From the human T2T-CHM13v2.0 reference genome, Homo sapiens: a DNA stretch of 64,000 bases. Positions 1-19,005 of the stretch are shown here, piece after piece (position 1 is the first letter of the stretch; each line of letters starts with the position of its first letter). A program made the position numbers and the translations under genes. The stretch is taken from the NCBI RefSeq assembly GCF_009914755.1, contig NC_060938.1, one strand, 5' to 3'. The notes under the pieces are model-generated. The model searched no databases, was not told where the DNA came from, and saw only the letters and a program-made list of their open reading frames with translations.

Positions 1-163
1 TTACAGGCACCCGCCATCATGCCCGGCTAATTTTTGTATTTTTGTAGAGATGAGGTTTCACTATGTTGGCCTGGCTGGTCTTAAACTCCTAATCTCAGGT
101 GATCCACCCGCCTCGGCCTCCCAGGGTGCTGGGATTTACAGGTGTGAGCCACTGCGCCCGGCC
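1..163 (-). mobile_element. Alu (partial, cut by window edge)
   Basis: Alu consensus, reverse. Confidence 0.9.
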
Positions 164-211
164 TGTCCTTTAGCTTCTCTCATTTTTCACTCCTCCTTTC
201 TCTACTGCTCA

Positions 212-529
<318 letters not shown>

Positions 530-659
530 CTAAAGAAAATAACACCTCCGAATGTAGCAACATAAACACAATTAGGTTTCTTATCCTAAGAAATTCTGTG
601 AAAATATCTGAGATCAGTACATGGCTCTCAGATTCCCTGCTCTTGAAATGCATTCATTT

Positions 660-969
<310 letters not shown>

Positions 970-1256
970 TCAAAGCCCAGCTTTGCAGGCATCTGGGCTT
1001 CTTATGCTCCCGGCTCCTGTGCCTGCCTCTCAGCGATGTGGCCTCTGGGTGTAATATTGCTTCCTAGTCCAGGGAACCTGGTCCAACAGACACATCTCAT
1101 TCCACGTAAGGCCAAACTCCAGCTCCACTAAAACTCAACCTTCTGGAACTTCTAGAAGCCTGTCTTTCTCATCTAGTACAGTTAGTATAAGAGTATACCT
1201 AGTCCACAGCTGAGCTGTGAGCTGTATGTGTCCATACAGATGGATATCTTTAAGCC

Positions 1257-2260
<1,004 letters not shown>

Positions 2261-3054
2261 TTAAGCCCTTGCCACTCAGGTCTTTGGCTCCACCCACTTC
2301 AGAATCATTCTGTGATGATTCACTCACATGAGGTCCCTACACACAAGGAAGGCAGGGTCTTGTAAAAATCTGCCTGTTATAGTTTCATGACACGATAATA
2401 ACCACATCATAAACATACCATTCACAGAGTATGAGTTAATACATTTATGGTATGAGGAAGTTCATTCTTATTTACCACGCGAGGTGGTAAAATCTCGCCT
2501 GGAGGACACATGTTGGCTAGGCCTGGGAGTAACTTTGCAAGCAGGTGAAAGCTTGAGATACTTTCAGGCTATTCTATCAATTAGGTGGTTTAAGATTTAA
2601 AAAATAATTGTATGAATTTGACCTCAATAAATTATTTTTAGAAAACAATTGCCTCCATCTCCAACTCAGCATGAAACTGTTTTACTCATCCGTAAAGCCC
2701 ACTTGATGAATAAGTAAACTCCTTTGGTTAAAATAATTAGTGTTTGCAATATTCCAGGGGGTAGTTCAAATTGGACTAGACTGATTTGAAGGTGGTTTGT
2801 GTGTAGTCTTTTCTAAGGTAAGAGTCTAGGTCAGGTGTGGTCTCAGTTTCGTGATTTTGTTCTAAAGGCTAACATTACAAGTCTTTGAGCTTCCGTTACA
2901 GAAGACCCTCAGAAATTTCCCACTGGGGCCTGAGACCTCCTAACACCCCCAAGAAATGACTTTTTCCTTCTTGTGGTAGGCATGTAAGATGAATAGACAT
3001 GTAATTATATATTTATTTTACAAATGCTTCTATAGTTGCTTACTATGTGCTTAA

Positions 3055-3894
<840 letters not shown>

Positions 3895-5084
3895 CAGAGT
3901 CTGTGTTTTTTAAACATCATGCTATGCTGCTTATCTATTGTGATTAAGCCGGAAACTCCAAGGTCCAAATGCTCTCCCCAGAAGATGGGCTGATAGTTGC
4001 AATATAGGAAGAGAACACTGTCTACACATTCCTGTTAAAGTAGCTCTTTGTTTACAAATCATACATGCTTTCCATTTTAGAATAGAAATATACATGTACT
4101 CATGTCCCAGTGTGGTATGAAAGTTGCAATGGGATGTCACTGTGGGCCCACAATTTCTGCTCTGAGGAAAATAATAAATGGAAGCAAATCATCTCCCTTC
4201 CTTATTGACAGAGGCCCCACCACAGGTGTGAGGGGCCCCCTTTGTCCTTCACCCCCAATTCTGACTGAGCTGCCCAGTTTTGGGACCACGGACCATTCAG
4301 ATAATGGAATAATCCCACTCAGACAGAGGATAGGAATGGTGTGGATATTGCTTGAGGCTGAATTTAATAGGAAATCAAGGGACAGTAAAATTCTTTTGGT
4401 CAGTCTTTGTCCTAAAGTTCTAAAATGTCTACCTTGTTGTCACAAATGGGAATGAAAGTAACATCTGGGCCACAGCGAGAAGTGCCCTGAATTTTGCCAA
4501 TCATTAAGCCTCCCTCAGTTATAGTCAGCACATATTTTGAAACTTAGAAGGAAAATCTTTTATGGTGATGTACACCCATGTTGCAGGGTCTCTACGGAAT
4601 ACATACAAGACACTATTTTAAGCATATAGAAACCTCGCATAGTTTTTGTTCTCACATCACATCTTGCTATAGAAATAACATGCATGTGTTGAGTATGATT
4701 CTCGATAATGCCTTTGTTATTAAGTTTTTTCTGTGGCTACACAATTATCTTCGTTTGCTCTCCTTGCCATTGTTTGGAAGAGAGAGCTTAGGGCAGAGGA
4801 ATTGGGTTATCCTAGAGAGTTTGAAGTAGGGTTTTAAATGGCATTTGATGAAAGTAGAAGGAATTGAGTTGAGAAAAGTTTTTGCTTGGCTACTACATTA
4901 AAACAGGATAAGGCTCATGGCAAGGGATGTCCTGTTCATTTTATTTCTACTATGTTGCCAACCACCCAAATCATCCCACAAGCAATAAGAAGACTTGTGC
5001 TCCCATGGCCTCAGCAAAGATGGTTTGAGAAGCACTCCTGGGTGCCTATGACCCACACTCCAAGTTTCTTGGTAGGAGGTATGC

Positions 5085-5901
<817 letters not shown>

Positions 5902-6689
5902 CTGGGGAGAGAAGAGAGAGAGCATTCAAGGGCAGCTAAGGGCAGGGATGAGATCAGCTTAATAAAGTGGCTTTGAGTCAGTGGAAGGTTGTGGCTGGAT
6001 GGATGCCCCTCTCCAAATCTCCCAGGGAGTCAGGCCTTCGTCCAGGTCGGGGCAGTCCACTCGTTGTCAGAGGACTGCTTCTCTGTGAAGGCTTGACTTT
6101 TTTTCTCTCAAGACAGGAAAAACCAACCCACGTGTGGCTCAGCTGCCTAGTAATCCTAGAACCACCCCCTGGACCTGGCAGCCTCAGGGTTGGGCCTGGG
6201 GTGGGGCAAGCCAGGTGTTTAGGTTATAACATTTAAGGCAGTGCTCTCTCTTGGGGTCGCACAATTGCCCCCTTCTCAGAGGTCTGGCCCTCTGCGGGAG
6301 CAGGGCCTCTTCCCCAGTGCTAGGCTGAGAGTAGTCAGGAGTCCACCTTCTTTAGACTCAAGCTTTACTGCCATCCTGAGGGTGCCAGCCAACCTCAGGA
6401 CAGCTGAGCCAGTCTCATCACTGGCTTCTCCCCCTCCCTCTCCATCACAAATGTCAATAACCTCACCGAATGCTTTCCTGTGTTTTGTGAAACTTCAGGA
6501 CTATGAGGAGTATGAGAAGGAGCCTCACCTGGCACCCTCTCTGCATATTCAGGGCAGTAGTTTGCTATCGAACCTGCCTCCAAATCTTCAGGGTGTGCCA
6601 GACATTTTATCCTAACTCCCTACCATAAGTTACCCGGGCTGGCGCTCATTTAGACAGCCTCGCTGGGCTTGTTACTCTGAACAGTTTAC

Positions 6690-6722
6690 CTCCCATTTCC
6701 TCCAGGACACTCAGCAGGTTCT
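6690..6722 (-). pseudogene. Unit B 33-nt phase 1-1 micro-exon (ENLLSVLEEMG-like)
   Basis: tttcctttttctctccctag|AGAACCTGCTGAGTGTCCTGGAGGAAATGGGAG|gtaaac; the phase matches the B30.2 exon, and short heptad exons precede B30.2 in BTN/TRIM genes. Confidence 0.55.
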
Positions 6723-7990
6723 CTAGGGAGAGAAAAAGGAAAATGCTTTGAGCTCCCAACCAACAGGTGCTTTCCACAAGCATCTCCCACTAGAGCTAAA
6801 AGCAAAAGCCAGGGCTGCTTCCCAGCTATAGGTAGAAGCCTGGCCTCCCTCCCCCTGTTGCTAGATCAACTGCCACAACCCCAAAGGAAAACAGGAATTT
6901 TCATTACCTTTTATCTGGTGTATGATTTGACTCAGTGTTTTACTCCTTGGAGAAAGTATGGATTCTCTTGCCTTGTTCAGTTAACTTGGAGACTAATGGT
7001 TTAACTTTCATGGTTTCACCCCTAAGAATAAACAGCAGGTTTTTGCAAATCAGGGATGAGTGGTTTACTTCTTAGGCCTAAGAGGGAGAAAGACAAACAA
7101 ACTGACCACCCTACTATCGGGAAGTGGCATCTGGAAGAAAGGGATGCAACCTAGAAATAAGGCCTTCCCACATCTGCAGGGCCTAGGACAAGAGAACGAA
7201 GGAAGGCCCACATACCATTTGGCCACATCTTTGAAAGTTATACACCAAACCAGCAAGCTGCTTAATGAAGTTATATCCTCCCACCTTGATGCATATATCT
7301 TCATAACAACCTAGAAAGTTAGTTACAAATTTAGAGTTATTGGACTCCTCAGGGTTCTGCACAGGGACACAGCAGACCAGGGAGTACCTTCCCAGCTCCC
7401 CAGCCCACTCCCTTCTCTTTACACCCTGGTCTCATCTGCATCATGAAGGACTTTGTGTGCATGTGGGTAGACACCTCAGCCCACATGACCATGCTTCATC
7501 CGTATGTTGCACCTCCTCCCCCACAGTTGCCACTTGGCTACCCCTTGGGTTTTAGGAGCATCTACTCATGCAGATGTCTGTCCTCCTAAGGACAGACCCA
7601 AAAGACAGACACAGAGAAGAGGACATCACAGGCCCTGGAAGTGGGCTCAGAGCTGCTTGTACAAGAAATTCTGGGAGTGTTATGTTAGAAGAGTGGCTTG
7701 GACGTGCAGTAGGCACATCACTCTGAGGGAGGATGGCTGCCAGTGGAGAGCCAGAGAGGGCACTTTTAATGCATAGGGCCTAGGAAAAGGGTACCTCTTG
7801 CCCAGGTAAAAGGGCAGTACTGCCAGGAATAAACATTTCCCTTTCCGAGACTTTCATCATCTGAGGAGACACGGTTTTCTCCAAGTCCTTACCCTCACAT
7901 AGGCTCTGGACCACCAGAAAGAAGCCAATAGGGAGGCAGTGGGCTAGAGTTTAATGCCACATGGACACATGTCTACAAAATGTCCAGTGA

Positions 7991-8458
<468 letters not shown>

Positions 8459-8757
8459 CTAGTGAACCATCTTCTTATCAGCCAGTCGGATTCATTATCA
8501 GCTCCCAGGCTTCTAGCAACTACGAATGATCAATGCATTGGACTGGAGCCACTACCCCAGGGGAAAAATGGCCACTTCCAGCTTATGTGGGATCCAGCCA
8601 AATGCCTTGTGGAATGGAGATGTAGGAGTATTGTTAGTCATGTCTGGGCCTGCCAGACTAATTTTCATCTTCATCCAGTTTTCACTCTCTGGAGAGGGGA
8701 GCCCAAGCAAAACATCTGCGATACCACCGCCCTTCCCCGTGGCCCATCCCCACTCAC

Positions 8758-8784
8758 TGAGCTGTTTAAGATTCTCCTGCTGTT
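8758..8784 (-). pseudogene. Unit B 27-nt phase 1-1 micro-exon (QQENLKQL)
   Basis: cttcttgttttcttcacag|AACAGCAGGAGAATCTTAAACAGCTCA|gtgagt; near-consensus splice sites and a heptad-like peptide. Confidence 0.6.
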
Positions 8785-9524
8785 CTGTGAAGAAAACAAG
8801 AAGCTCAGGTGCTGTTCCACCAGGCAATCCCCATCCGCCCTGCACGGAGTTTCGGACTTTTCCTAGATTATTCCACAAGCCTCCTTAACAAAGTGGACCA
8901 GTGTTTATCCTGCACCTTTGTTTTACAGACTGTTTTATGACTGGAAATAACCTGCTTATCATGAATCTCTCCCAAGGGATTTATCGAGGCATCGTCTATT
9001 CCATTTTCCTGGCTCTTTCACACATTTATTTCACTTTCTTCATTATTTGGTGAGCACATTTTGTATTCCAAGTCTTAATTATACAAGAAAGAAATATTGT
9101 CCAACAAACACAGCCCTTACTGGATTGATTCAGTTTTTTTTTTTTTTATTTAAAAGGTAGGCTTGTCCCCCTTGGTAGTTCTCTGGCTTTTAAAATACGT
9201 TTTCTCTATGAAATCCTAGGAAAGGCCCATGATAGTGGTGTCTTTGTGCCTGTGGGCTTCCAAGGGTGCAAAATGCTTTCTTCAAGGAATAAGCTCAAGT
9301 TTATTATTGACCATGTTTTACAAACTATCTTTTTTGCAAGGAATGGACAAAAGTCCATTCTAGCTTTTGTTTTTCTCAATCACTAATGCCTAGTTTGGTC
9401 CTTGACTTCCAAAGCTCTCTTTAACCTCTTGGGATTGAGGGGAACTTTCAGCCTGTCTTCTGGCATTTTGTATGTGTGGAAGGGATAAAATATACTTAAT
9501 ATATAATTTACCATTTTAACCATT

Positions 9525-10690
<1,166 letters not shown>

Positions 10691-10979
10691 AATTTCTTCA
10701 TCACCGCAAAGGGAAACTCTGTACCCATTAAGCAATAACTCCCCATCTCCTGGTCTTTTGATACTTAGCTTGTGCAGTGTTTAAGTGAATGTACTTTAGA
10801 GCCAAGGAAACTGAGTTGAATTATTGGTTCTGCCCTTGCTAGCTCTGGGACCTTAAACAATTTACCTGACCTCTTTAAGCCTCGGTTTACTCATGTACAG
10901 AATGGAGCAAATAAGAATAACAACACTCATTGGGTTGTTCTGTGCATATAATATCACACCACAAAAGTAGTGGCTGTAG

Positions 10980-11388
10980 AAAGACAAATATTACATGTTG
11001 TCACTCATATGTGGGAGCAAAAAAAGTTGATCTCATGGAGGTAGTGAGTAGAATGGTGGTTACCAGACACTTTGAAGGGTAGTGGGGGTAGAGGAGCATA
11101 AAGAGGGGTTGATTAATGAGTACAAAAATACAATTGGATAGAAGAAATAAACTGTAGTATTCAATAGCACAATAGGATGACTATAGTTAAGAATTATTTA
11201 TTGTATATTTAAAAATAGTTAGAAGAGAAGATTTGGAATGTTCCCAACACAAAGAAATAATGAACGTTTGAGGTGATAGATATTCCAGTTACCCTGATTT
11301 GATCATTACACACTGTATGCTTGCATCAAAATATCACATGTACCCCATAAATATGCACAACTATTCTGTATCAATTTTTTTAAAAAAA
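10980..11388 (+). mobile_element. L1M (L1MA-like) 3' end
   Basis: CACTCATATGTGGGAGC..GTGATAGATATTCCAGTTACCCTGATTTGATCATTACAC..ATGTACCCCATAAATATG plus A tail. Confidence 0.85.
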
Positions 11389-11594
11389 AGGAGTGTGTGG
11401 AACATCATAAACTCTCAATAAGCACTGACTTCTAATTATTGCCTGCTTTGCTTTGCCTCCTCCTTGTTGTCAGTGTTGCTTCAGATGAGGGTTCTCTGCT
11501 ATGATCCTCAAGTCCCTAGACCTTCCATCCCACCTGGGCTAGGCCTAGCTCCCTTCCCACTCTTTGGGATGGGATTGGGGGATTTAGGCATTTC

Positions 11595-12377
<783 letters not shown>

Positions 12378-12682
12378 CAGCCCATGTTCTTAATCACTGG
12401 ACTACAAGGCCTTGGTGTGTTAATAAGCATCTGGTAAGGATGATGGCAGAAGATGAACTTAAAGGGGGAAATTCAAGCTCACCCAGTAGGTCAATGGCAT
12501 GGCTAAGGCGACAGTCTATGTCTTCTGACTAGCCACCAGATGCTCTCCCTCACCCGCCAGCCACTGGCTCTAGCTGTGCTGCAGATGTTATTATTCTAAG
12601 AGTGTGATGTCAAACGTAATCAGGGAATCGGGTGATTAAGTATTTAGGGAGATTTTAGACATGGACAATACCAATGGCTTAC

Positions 12683-12706
12683 CTCCTGGAGTATTGCTTT
12701 GATGTG
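12683..12706 (-). pseudogene. Unit B remnant of the TRIM ~23-nt linker exon (HIKAILQE, cf. DIKSTLSR)
   Basis: CACATCAAAGCAATACTCCAGGAG|gtaagc lies 133 nt after the coiled-coil exon; strong donor, acceptor lost. Confidence 0.5.
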
Positions 12707-12839
12707 TTCCCTCATATAGCTTTCCACAGATCAGCAAAAACACATGCTTGGAGTTGCCTAAAAACGACTGAGTGTCACCAGCCACCCACCCACCCACCCA
12801 CTGCCACCTTCCTGGTTCTCAGTCCCCTAACAAGCCCAC

Positions 12840-13066
12840 CTTTGAGACTTTATTAACTGAGTGTGGGTGGCCCGCCTTCGTTTCCTCCACAAGGTGGTTG
12901 AGGAGACATCTCTCATTTAAGATTTTGTTCATGTTTTTATGCTGGTTTCTTAAAATGGCTTTGTTGCTCTCTCAGTTGGGACAGAAGGCTTTTTTTTTCT
13001 TGTTCTCCTGGAATTGACGGCATTAGTCACACTCACAGGTGACTCTCTGCCACTTAATTTCTGCTT
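12840..13066 (-). pseudogene. Unit B TRIM-type coiled-coil exon (227 nt; canonical TRIM exon is 231 nt)
   Basis: ccactttatcctag|...AAG|gtgggc. Reconstructed with two compensating frameshifts: AEIKWQRVTCECD*CRQFQE/QEKKSLLSQLREQ/KAILRNQHKNMNKILNERCLLNHLVEETKAGHPHSVNKVSK, matching the E..Q.V..EF..LRQFL.EQE..LL.QL.E pattern of C-IV TRIMs. Confidence 0.75.
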
Positions 13067-13929
13067 CTAGGATAAAGTGGTCACATGAACACTAAAGCAA
13101 GCAATGCATCTTTCCTTTTCACTATTGTCCAAAGTTGCTGCCCTGTAATTTCCTCTTCATTTGATTCTATTCCTGTCACATACCCACTGTATAAGAATTT
13201 AAAAAGAGACAAAACAGAAACATACTTCAGGGCCTTAAAGTGTATGTCATTCAATGTGATTATAAACTGAGTTTTTACAACTCCCAACGTTATCTCCAGC
13301 TATCTTAGGGGATTATCTTAACAATAAACCTTTCAGAAAATCAATTTTAATCAATTTTGGCTTAAAACCCCATGTATTTATAAGAGGAAAATGGGATGTG
13401 CCATGAAGTCAAGAACATGTGTATGTGGGTGTAATTATGAAAAGACTGGGAATTAGTTATTCTCTAAAGCACGTGGGTGTCTGCTTTGTGGTTTAGTTCT
13501 TTGGGTCTGGTGTTGGGCTCTAGGGGAGTGTATCTATCTCAAAACAAGCAACTGGGAAGAGCTTAAAGAACATGGCTAGTTCTGCATCCAGATTCTTCCC
13601 AACAAGTAATGCTTGCAGCGACTCACATACGGAGAGCTAACCTGCTTGGAACAGGAGGGTGTGTGCTGAAATAGTTGCAGACATGAGATAATTAAGTATT
13701 TACCACCAAGAGCTTAAGTATCAGCTAATCATAGGAGTTGAAACCATCTGAGCCTCAAGGGGCAACAATGCTTTTTTTTCTTTTAATAGCCCAGAGGTAG
13801 TAAGATATAATCAATTGAAAAAAATCATAATCAATAATATTTAAGGTAGAGAAATGGTATTCAACTTGTGCTTATGAGTAACTTTTTTTCCTCCGTCTTC
13901 CTCTAAGTCGGAGATTGTCAAAATATTGC

Positions 13930-14235
13930 CTCCCAGCCAAGTCTAGCCCACCACCTGTTTTCGTTTGTCTCTTGAGCTAAGAATGTTTTTTTACATTTTT
14001 AAATAGTTGGACAAAAAAAAAATTCAAAGAAGACTATTTCGTGACAAGTGAAAATGATATGAAATTCAAATTCCAGTGTTCATAAATAAAATTTTATAGG
14101 AACACAGCCGCACTCGTTCATTTATGTATCGTCTATGGTTGCTTTTGAGCTACAAGAACAGAGGGCAGCAGTGGCACAGAAAGCCTAAAATATTTACCAT
14201 CTGGCCCTTATCAGAAAAAGTTTGCCGATCTTGGC
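13930..14235. mobile_element. MER58B-like hAT element
   Basis: GAGCTAAGAATG..TGAAATTCAAATT..AAAGCCTAAAATATTTACCATCTGGCCC. Confidence 0.75.
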
Positions 14236-14429
14236 TCTAAGGCAATGCTTTCAAAGTGGACAGTTAGTAGCTGTTACTTGACAAAAAGGGGTCCATTGAC
14301 AAATAAATTGCAAAATGCTATTTAAAATAAAATCAAACCAATTTCCTTAATAAGCTAATGTGACATAGAAATCTACAAAAAAGAGTGGGAGGGGAGGGAA
14401 GCAGAGTATTTGATGTTTCCCAAACTTAC

Positions 14430-14693
14430 TGGCTGTAAAACCCTTTTCTTTTCTGGGCTGTTTTATGGCACTAATCTTCCAGGGAACACAACTTGGTAAA
14501 TGCTGTTGACAAGTAATTGGCGATTTATGTATACACAATGGAGAGAAAAAAAGCCTGCTACTGGAAACAACAACAAAAGCCACCAAAACTGCTGGTAGTA
14601 GAATTTCTCTCGGGGAATAACCTGTTTTTTGTTTCACAAAAACACTTTTAGTAGGTCATTTGGTCATGAAAAGTTAGGTTTTAGGAACTCGAT
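14430..14693 (-). pseudogene. Unit B possible strongly decayed RING exon
   Basis: Strong phase-1 acceptor tctgtttccattttccatcttccag about 170 nt after the TM exon (similar spacing to unit A). Peptides KCFC...FGGFCCCF and LFFSPLC resemble unit A CGHGFC...LFCPHC; donor gtaagt follows 14430. Confidence 0.3.
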
Positions 14694-14871
14694 CTGGAAG
14701 ATGGAAAATGGAAACAGAGTGTTAGAGAATTCTGCACAGTAGCATGAGGTAATTTGGAGTTTGGGGCTAGGAAGAAGGATTGAAGGGGTGAACAGGACAG
14801 GAAAAGAGGGAGATGAGAAGGGTCTATGGCGACTTGAGAAGAATCAAAGAAACCTGGTGGGGGAAGCTGGC

Positions 14872-15009
14872 CAGTGAGAAATTCCCTACGGCAGAGAGAG
14901 CTACAGAATATCAGCAAAATGCCGACCATGACGACCAGTAATCCGTGGAGCCCAGTGAGGAACCAAAATGAACATGTTCCAAATGCAGGAAAAAGTGCCG
15001 TCAGAGGTG
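14872..15009 (-). pseudogene. Unit B transmembrane exon
   Basis: Open phase-1 frame PLTALFPAFGTCSFWFLTGLHGLLVVMVGILLIFCSSLCRREFLT: FP...W lead-in, hydrophobic run, then RR stop-transfer as in BTN TM exons; splice sites weak. Confidence 0.6.
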
Positions 15010-15073
15010 CTCAAATAGGAAGTGCTTCCCTTTCAACTGCAGCCTGTCATGCTGTTTTTAATTTGCTACTTAC

Positions 15074-15222
15074 TGCTGTGCTCCCTCAGGCATAGGGAAT
15101 CCCACCAGTGCAGATCCTCGAGGCACCCAGCCCGTGGGGGCACTGCTCGGGGACCCACCGGCTGCAGGTTCTCCTTTCCCCTCCCATCTGCCACCGCCTC
15201 AGGTGCTTTGCCCAAGTCAGGG
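15074..15222 (-). pseudogene. Unit B truncated IgC exon
   Basis: ctgacctcacttccccag|(A)LTWAKHLRRWQMGGERRTCSRWVPEQ... |gtaagt; resembles the BTN IgC start ALGS..HI......GGI.L.C.S.GW.P.P. Confidence 0.45.
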
Positions 15223-15654
15223 CTGGGGAAGTGAGGTCAGGCATCTCACTTTCGCATGTGCCGGCCACCCCAACCCACAGTGGAGAGGCATCGGGTGGAG
15301 GGGAGGCCATTGGGTGAGGGTGGAGAGGGGGCCTGGGGCACCCAGCAGAGGTGGGCAGTGGGTGGGTGAGGGAGTCCATTGGGGACAGCTGAGAACCTGG
15401 CCCAGTAAGGCAGGGAGTTGGCCTGGGGCAGTACTGAGCATGAATCCAGGCTCCAAGTCCCTGGTGCACACACCATTGACCCAACAGACTTCACTTACAA
15501 AGTGCAAATTCAAAGATAAAATTATTAAGAATTTTAAGACAGTGACCAAAGAATATGAAAGCCCAAGTACAGGATTCTTCTGGGCACAGGGTCCCATAGG
15601 ACTGCAATGCTTGCACACCCATGAAGCCAGCCCTCATGATAACTAGTCACTTTT

Positions 15655-15948
<294 letters not shown>

Positions 15949-16240
15949 CATCACTTGTACATTTTTTTTTTTTTTAAGGAATAAATTACCCCCACACCTT
16001 TATTTCCCAGCTTTGTGTTGGGCCAGTCATTGCCTTGGGATATTCAAAGCAAAAGATACTGATTTCCTTGTTTGGGTCAAACCAGCTGATGGAACGAAAC
16101 AGCAGTAAGAAGTCAATGCTAGAAGGAGATTCAGAGTTCAGTGTAAATGAGAAATTGGATGAGAGATGGAAAATCGGATGAGAACACAATCCTAGTGGGA
16201 ACATGTGGACATTTTGGGTTTCCAACCCTGCTAGTGACAC

Positions 16241-16608
16241 CAGCCAGCTGAAGGACGTGAAGACAGCCACGTGGCCAACGCTTGGGTTTCCTATAATATA
16301 ACTTATGCTCTCTGGGGAACGCTTTACAAATATGTGAAAATCATCTGTGGATTTTGTCTGTTTTTACTGTGTACATTTCTCTGTGCCAGAAGTAAACCAA
16401 ACTGTGGTCTTAACGCTCCTTAATTTGTCACTGTTAATCACTGGTGGCAAGAATCAGCAGAGAGGGATGGTAAGAGATCTTAGCTTGAGTTCAGGCTGCT
16501 ATTCATGTCCCAGCTCCCATTATGATGGGGGGAGAAACTGGCCAGATACCAAGTGCACTCTCGCCAAATAGAGAGGAATGTATAATGCACCTTTTACAGA
16601 AAAAATTC
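16241..16608 (-). pseudogene. Unit B decayed IgV exon
   Basis: GIFSVKGA.../LFGESAL/VSGQFLP/..DM resembles BTN QFSV.GP...LVGEDA.LSCQL.P...AEDM; later SLVYFW...Y..KT...HICKAFPREHKLYYR...VLQLA(G)|gt; length about 368 nt versus about 348 expected. Confidence 0.4.
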
Positions 16609-16647
16609 CAAGACAAGTGGGAGTAGAACCACTTATGCCCAACCAAC

Positions 16648-16715
16648 CTGGCTTGGATCAGAATAGAATGACGGAGGACATGAGGAAAGAGAGACAGAGG
16701 CCATGTTTAGTTTTC
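16648..16715 (-). pseudogene. Unit B possible signal-peptide exon
   Basis: ATG at 16704, hydrophobic GLCLSFLMSSVILF*SKP in a shifted frame, phase-1 donor CAG|gttggt. The following intron is implausibly short (about 39 nt). Confidence 0.3.
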
Positions 16716-17183
16716 CTGCCCAGGTCGAAAACATTGAATAAATGAGGAATAAATGAGGGATATACGTCCCTGTTATTGAATGCTTTCCAAGTGCCAAGCA
16801 TTCTGCCAAGTGATTCTCTTGCATTAATCTCACTTACTTGCCACATGGATTCTATGAGGTAAACTGTCACCTATTTTACGATGAGTAAACTGATGCTCAG
16901 AGATGTTATGCTTACAAAAGACTGTATAGCCAATAAGTGGCAGAGGCAGGATTCAAACCTGGGTTCATCTGATTGCAAAACCAACCGCTTCAGTCACACC
17001 TGGGTAAATGAGCTTATGCTGGCTTTTGCTGAAAGCAGAAACTCCTTACTCTCAAATATTCATATCCAGAACACCCTGAAGCTGCTTTGAAATTTTATTA
17101 ATAGTAGTAACTGAGGATAAATTACTTTTCTGAACACCAGACGTAAAACAGAATCAATGGAGGGGATTGATGGCATTGGTATC

Positions 17184-18271
17184 TATCGGGAGAACCTGCC
17201 CCCGATAGTCACGTAGGTTCTTTTCTATTTTCCCTAAGTGTCGGCCAGTCTGAGAAATAAAGGGACAGAGTACAAAAGAGAGAAATTTTAAAGCTGGGTG
17301 TCCAGGGGAGACATCACATGTTGGCAGGTTCCGTGATGCCCCACAAGCTGCAAAACCAGCAAGTTTTTATTAGTGATTTTCAAAAGGGGAGGGAGTGTAC
17401 GAATAGGGTGTGGGCCACAGAGATCACATGCTTCACAAGGTGATAAGATATCACAAGGCAAATGGAGGCAGGGCGAGACCACAGGACCACAGGACCAGGG
17501 TGAAATTAAAATTGCTAATGAAGTTTTGGGCACGCATTGTCATTGATAACATCTTATCAGGAGACAGGGTTTGAGAGCAGACAACTGGTCTGACCAAAAT
17601 TTGTTAGGCGGGAATTTCCTCGTCCTAATAAGCCCGGGAGCGCTACAGGAGACTGGGGCTTATTTCATCCCTACAGCTGTGACCGTAAAAGACAGCCGCC
17701 CCCAAAGTGACCATTTCAGAGGCCTACCCTCAGGGACGCATTCTCTTTCTCAGGGATGTTCCTTGCTGAGAAAAAGAATTCAGCGATATTTCTCCCATTT
17801 GCTTTTGAAAGAAGAGAAACATGGCTCTGTTCCGCCCAGCTCACCGGCAGTCAGAGTTTAAGGTTATCTCTCTTGTTCCCTGAACATTGCTGTTATCCTC
17901 TTCTTTTTTCAAGGTGCCCAGATTTCATATTGTTCAAACACACATGCTCTACAAACAATTTGTGCAGTTAACACAATCATCACAGAGTCCTGAGGTGACA
18001 TACATCCTCCTCAGCTTACGAAGATGATGGGATTAAGAGATTAAAGTAAAGACAGGCATAGGAAATCACAAGGGTATTGATTCGGGAAGTGATAAGGGTC
18101 CATGAAATCTTCACAATTTATGCTCAGAGATTGCAGTAAAGACAGGCATAAGAAATTATAAAAGTATTAACTTGGGGAGCTAATAAATGTCCATGAAATC
18201 TTCACAATTTATGTTCTTCTGCCATGGCTTCAGCCGGTCCCTCCGTTCCAGGGTCCTGACTTCCGGCAACA
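17184..18271 (-). mobile_element. MER11 solo LTR (HERV-K11/HML-8)
   Basis: Minus strand TGTTGCCGGAAGTCAGG...GGTTCTCCCGATA, internal AAATTGTGAAGATTTCATGGAC repeats, perfect 6-bp TSD GGTATC (17178-17183, 18272-18277). Confidence 0.92.
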
Positions 18272-18279
18272 GGTATCTA

Positions 18280-19005
<726 letters not shown>

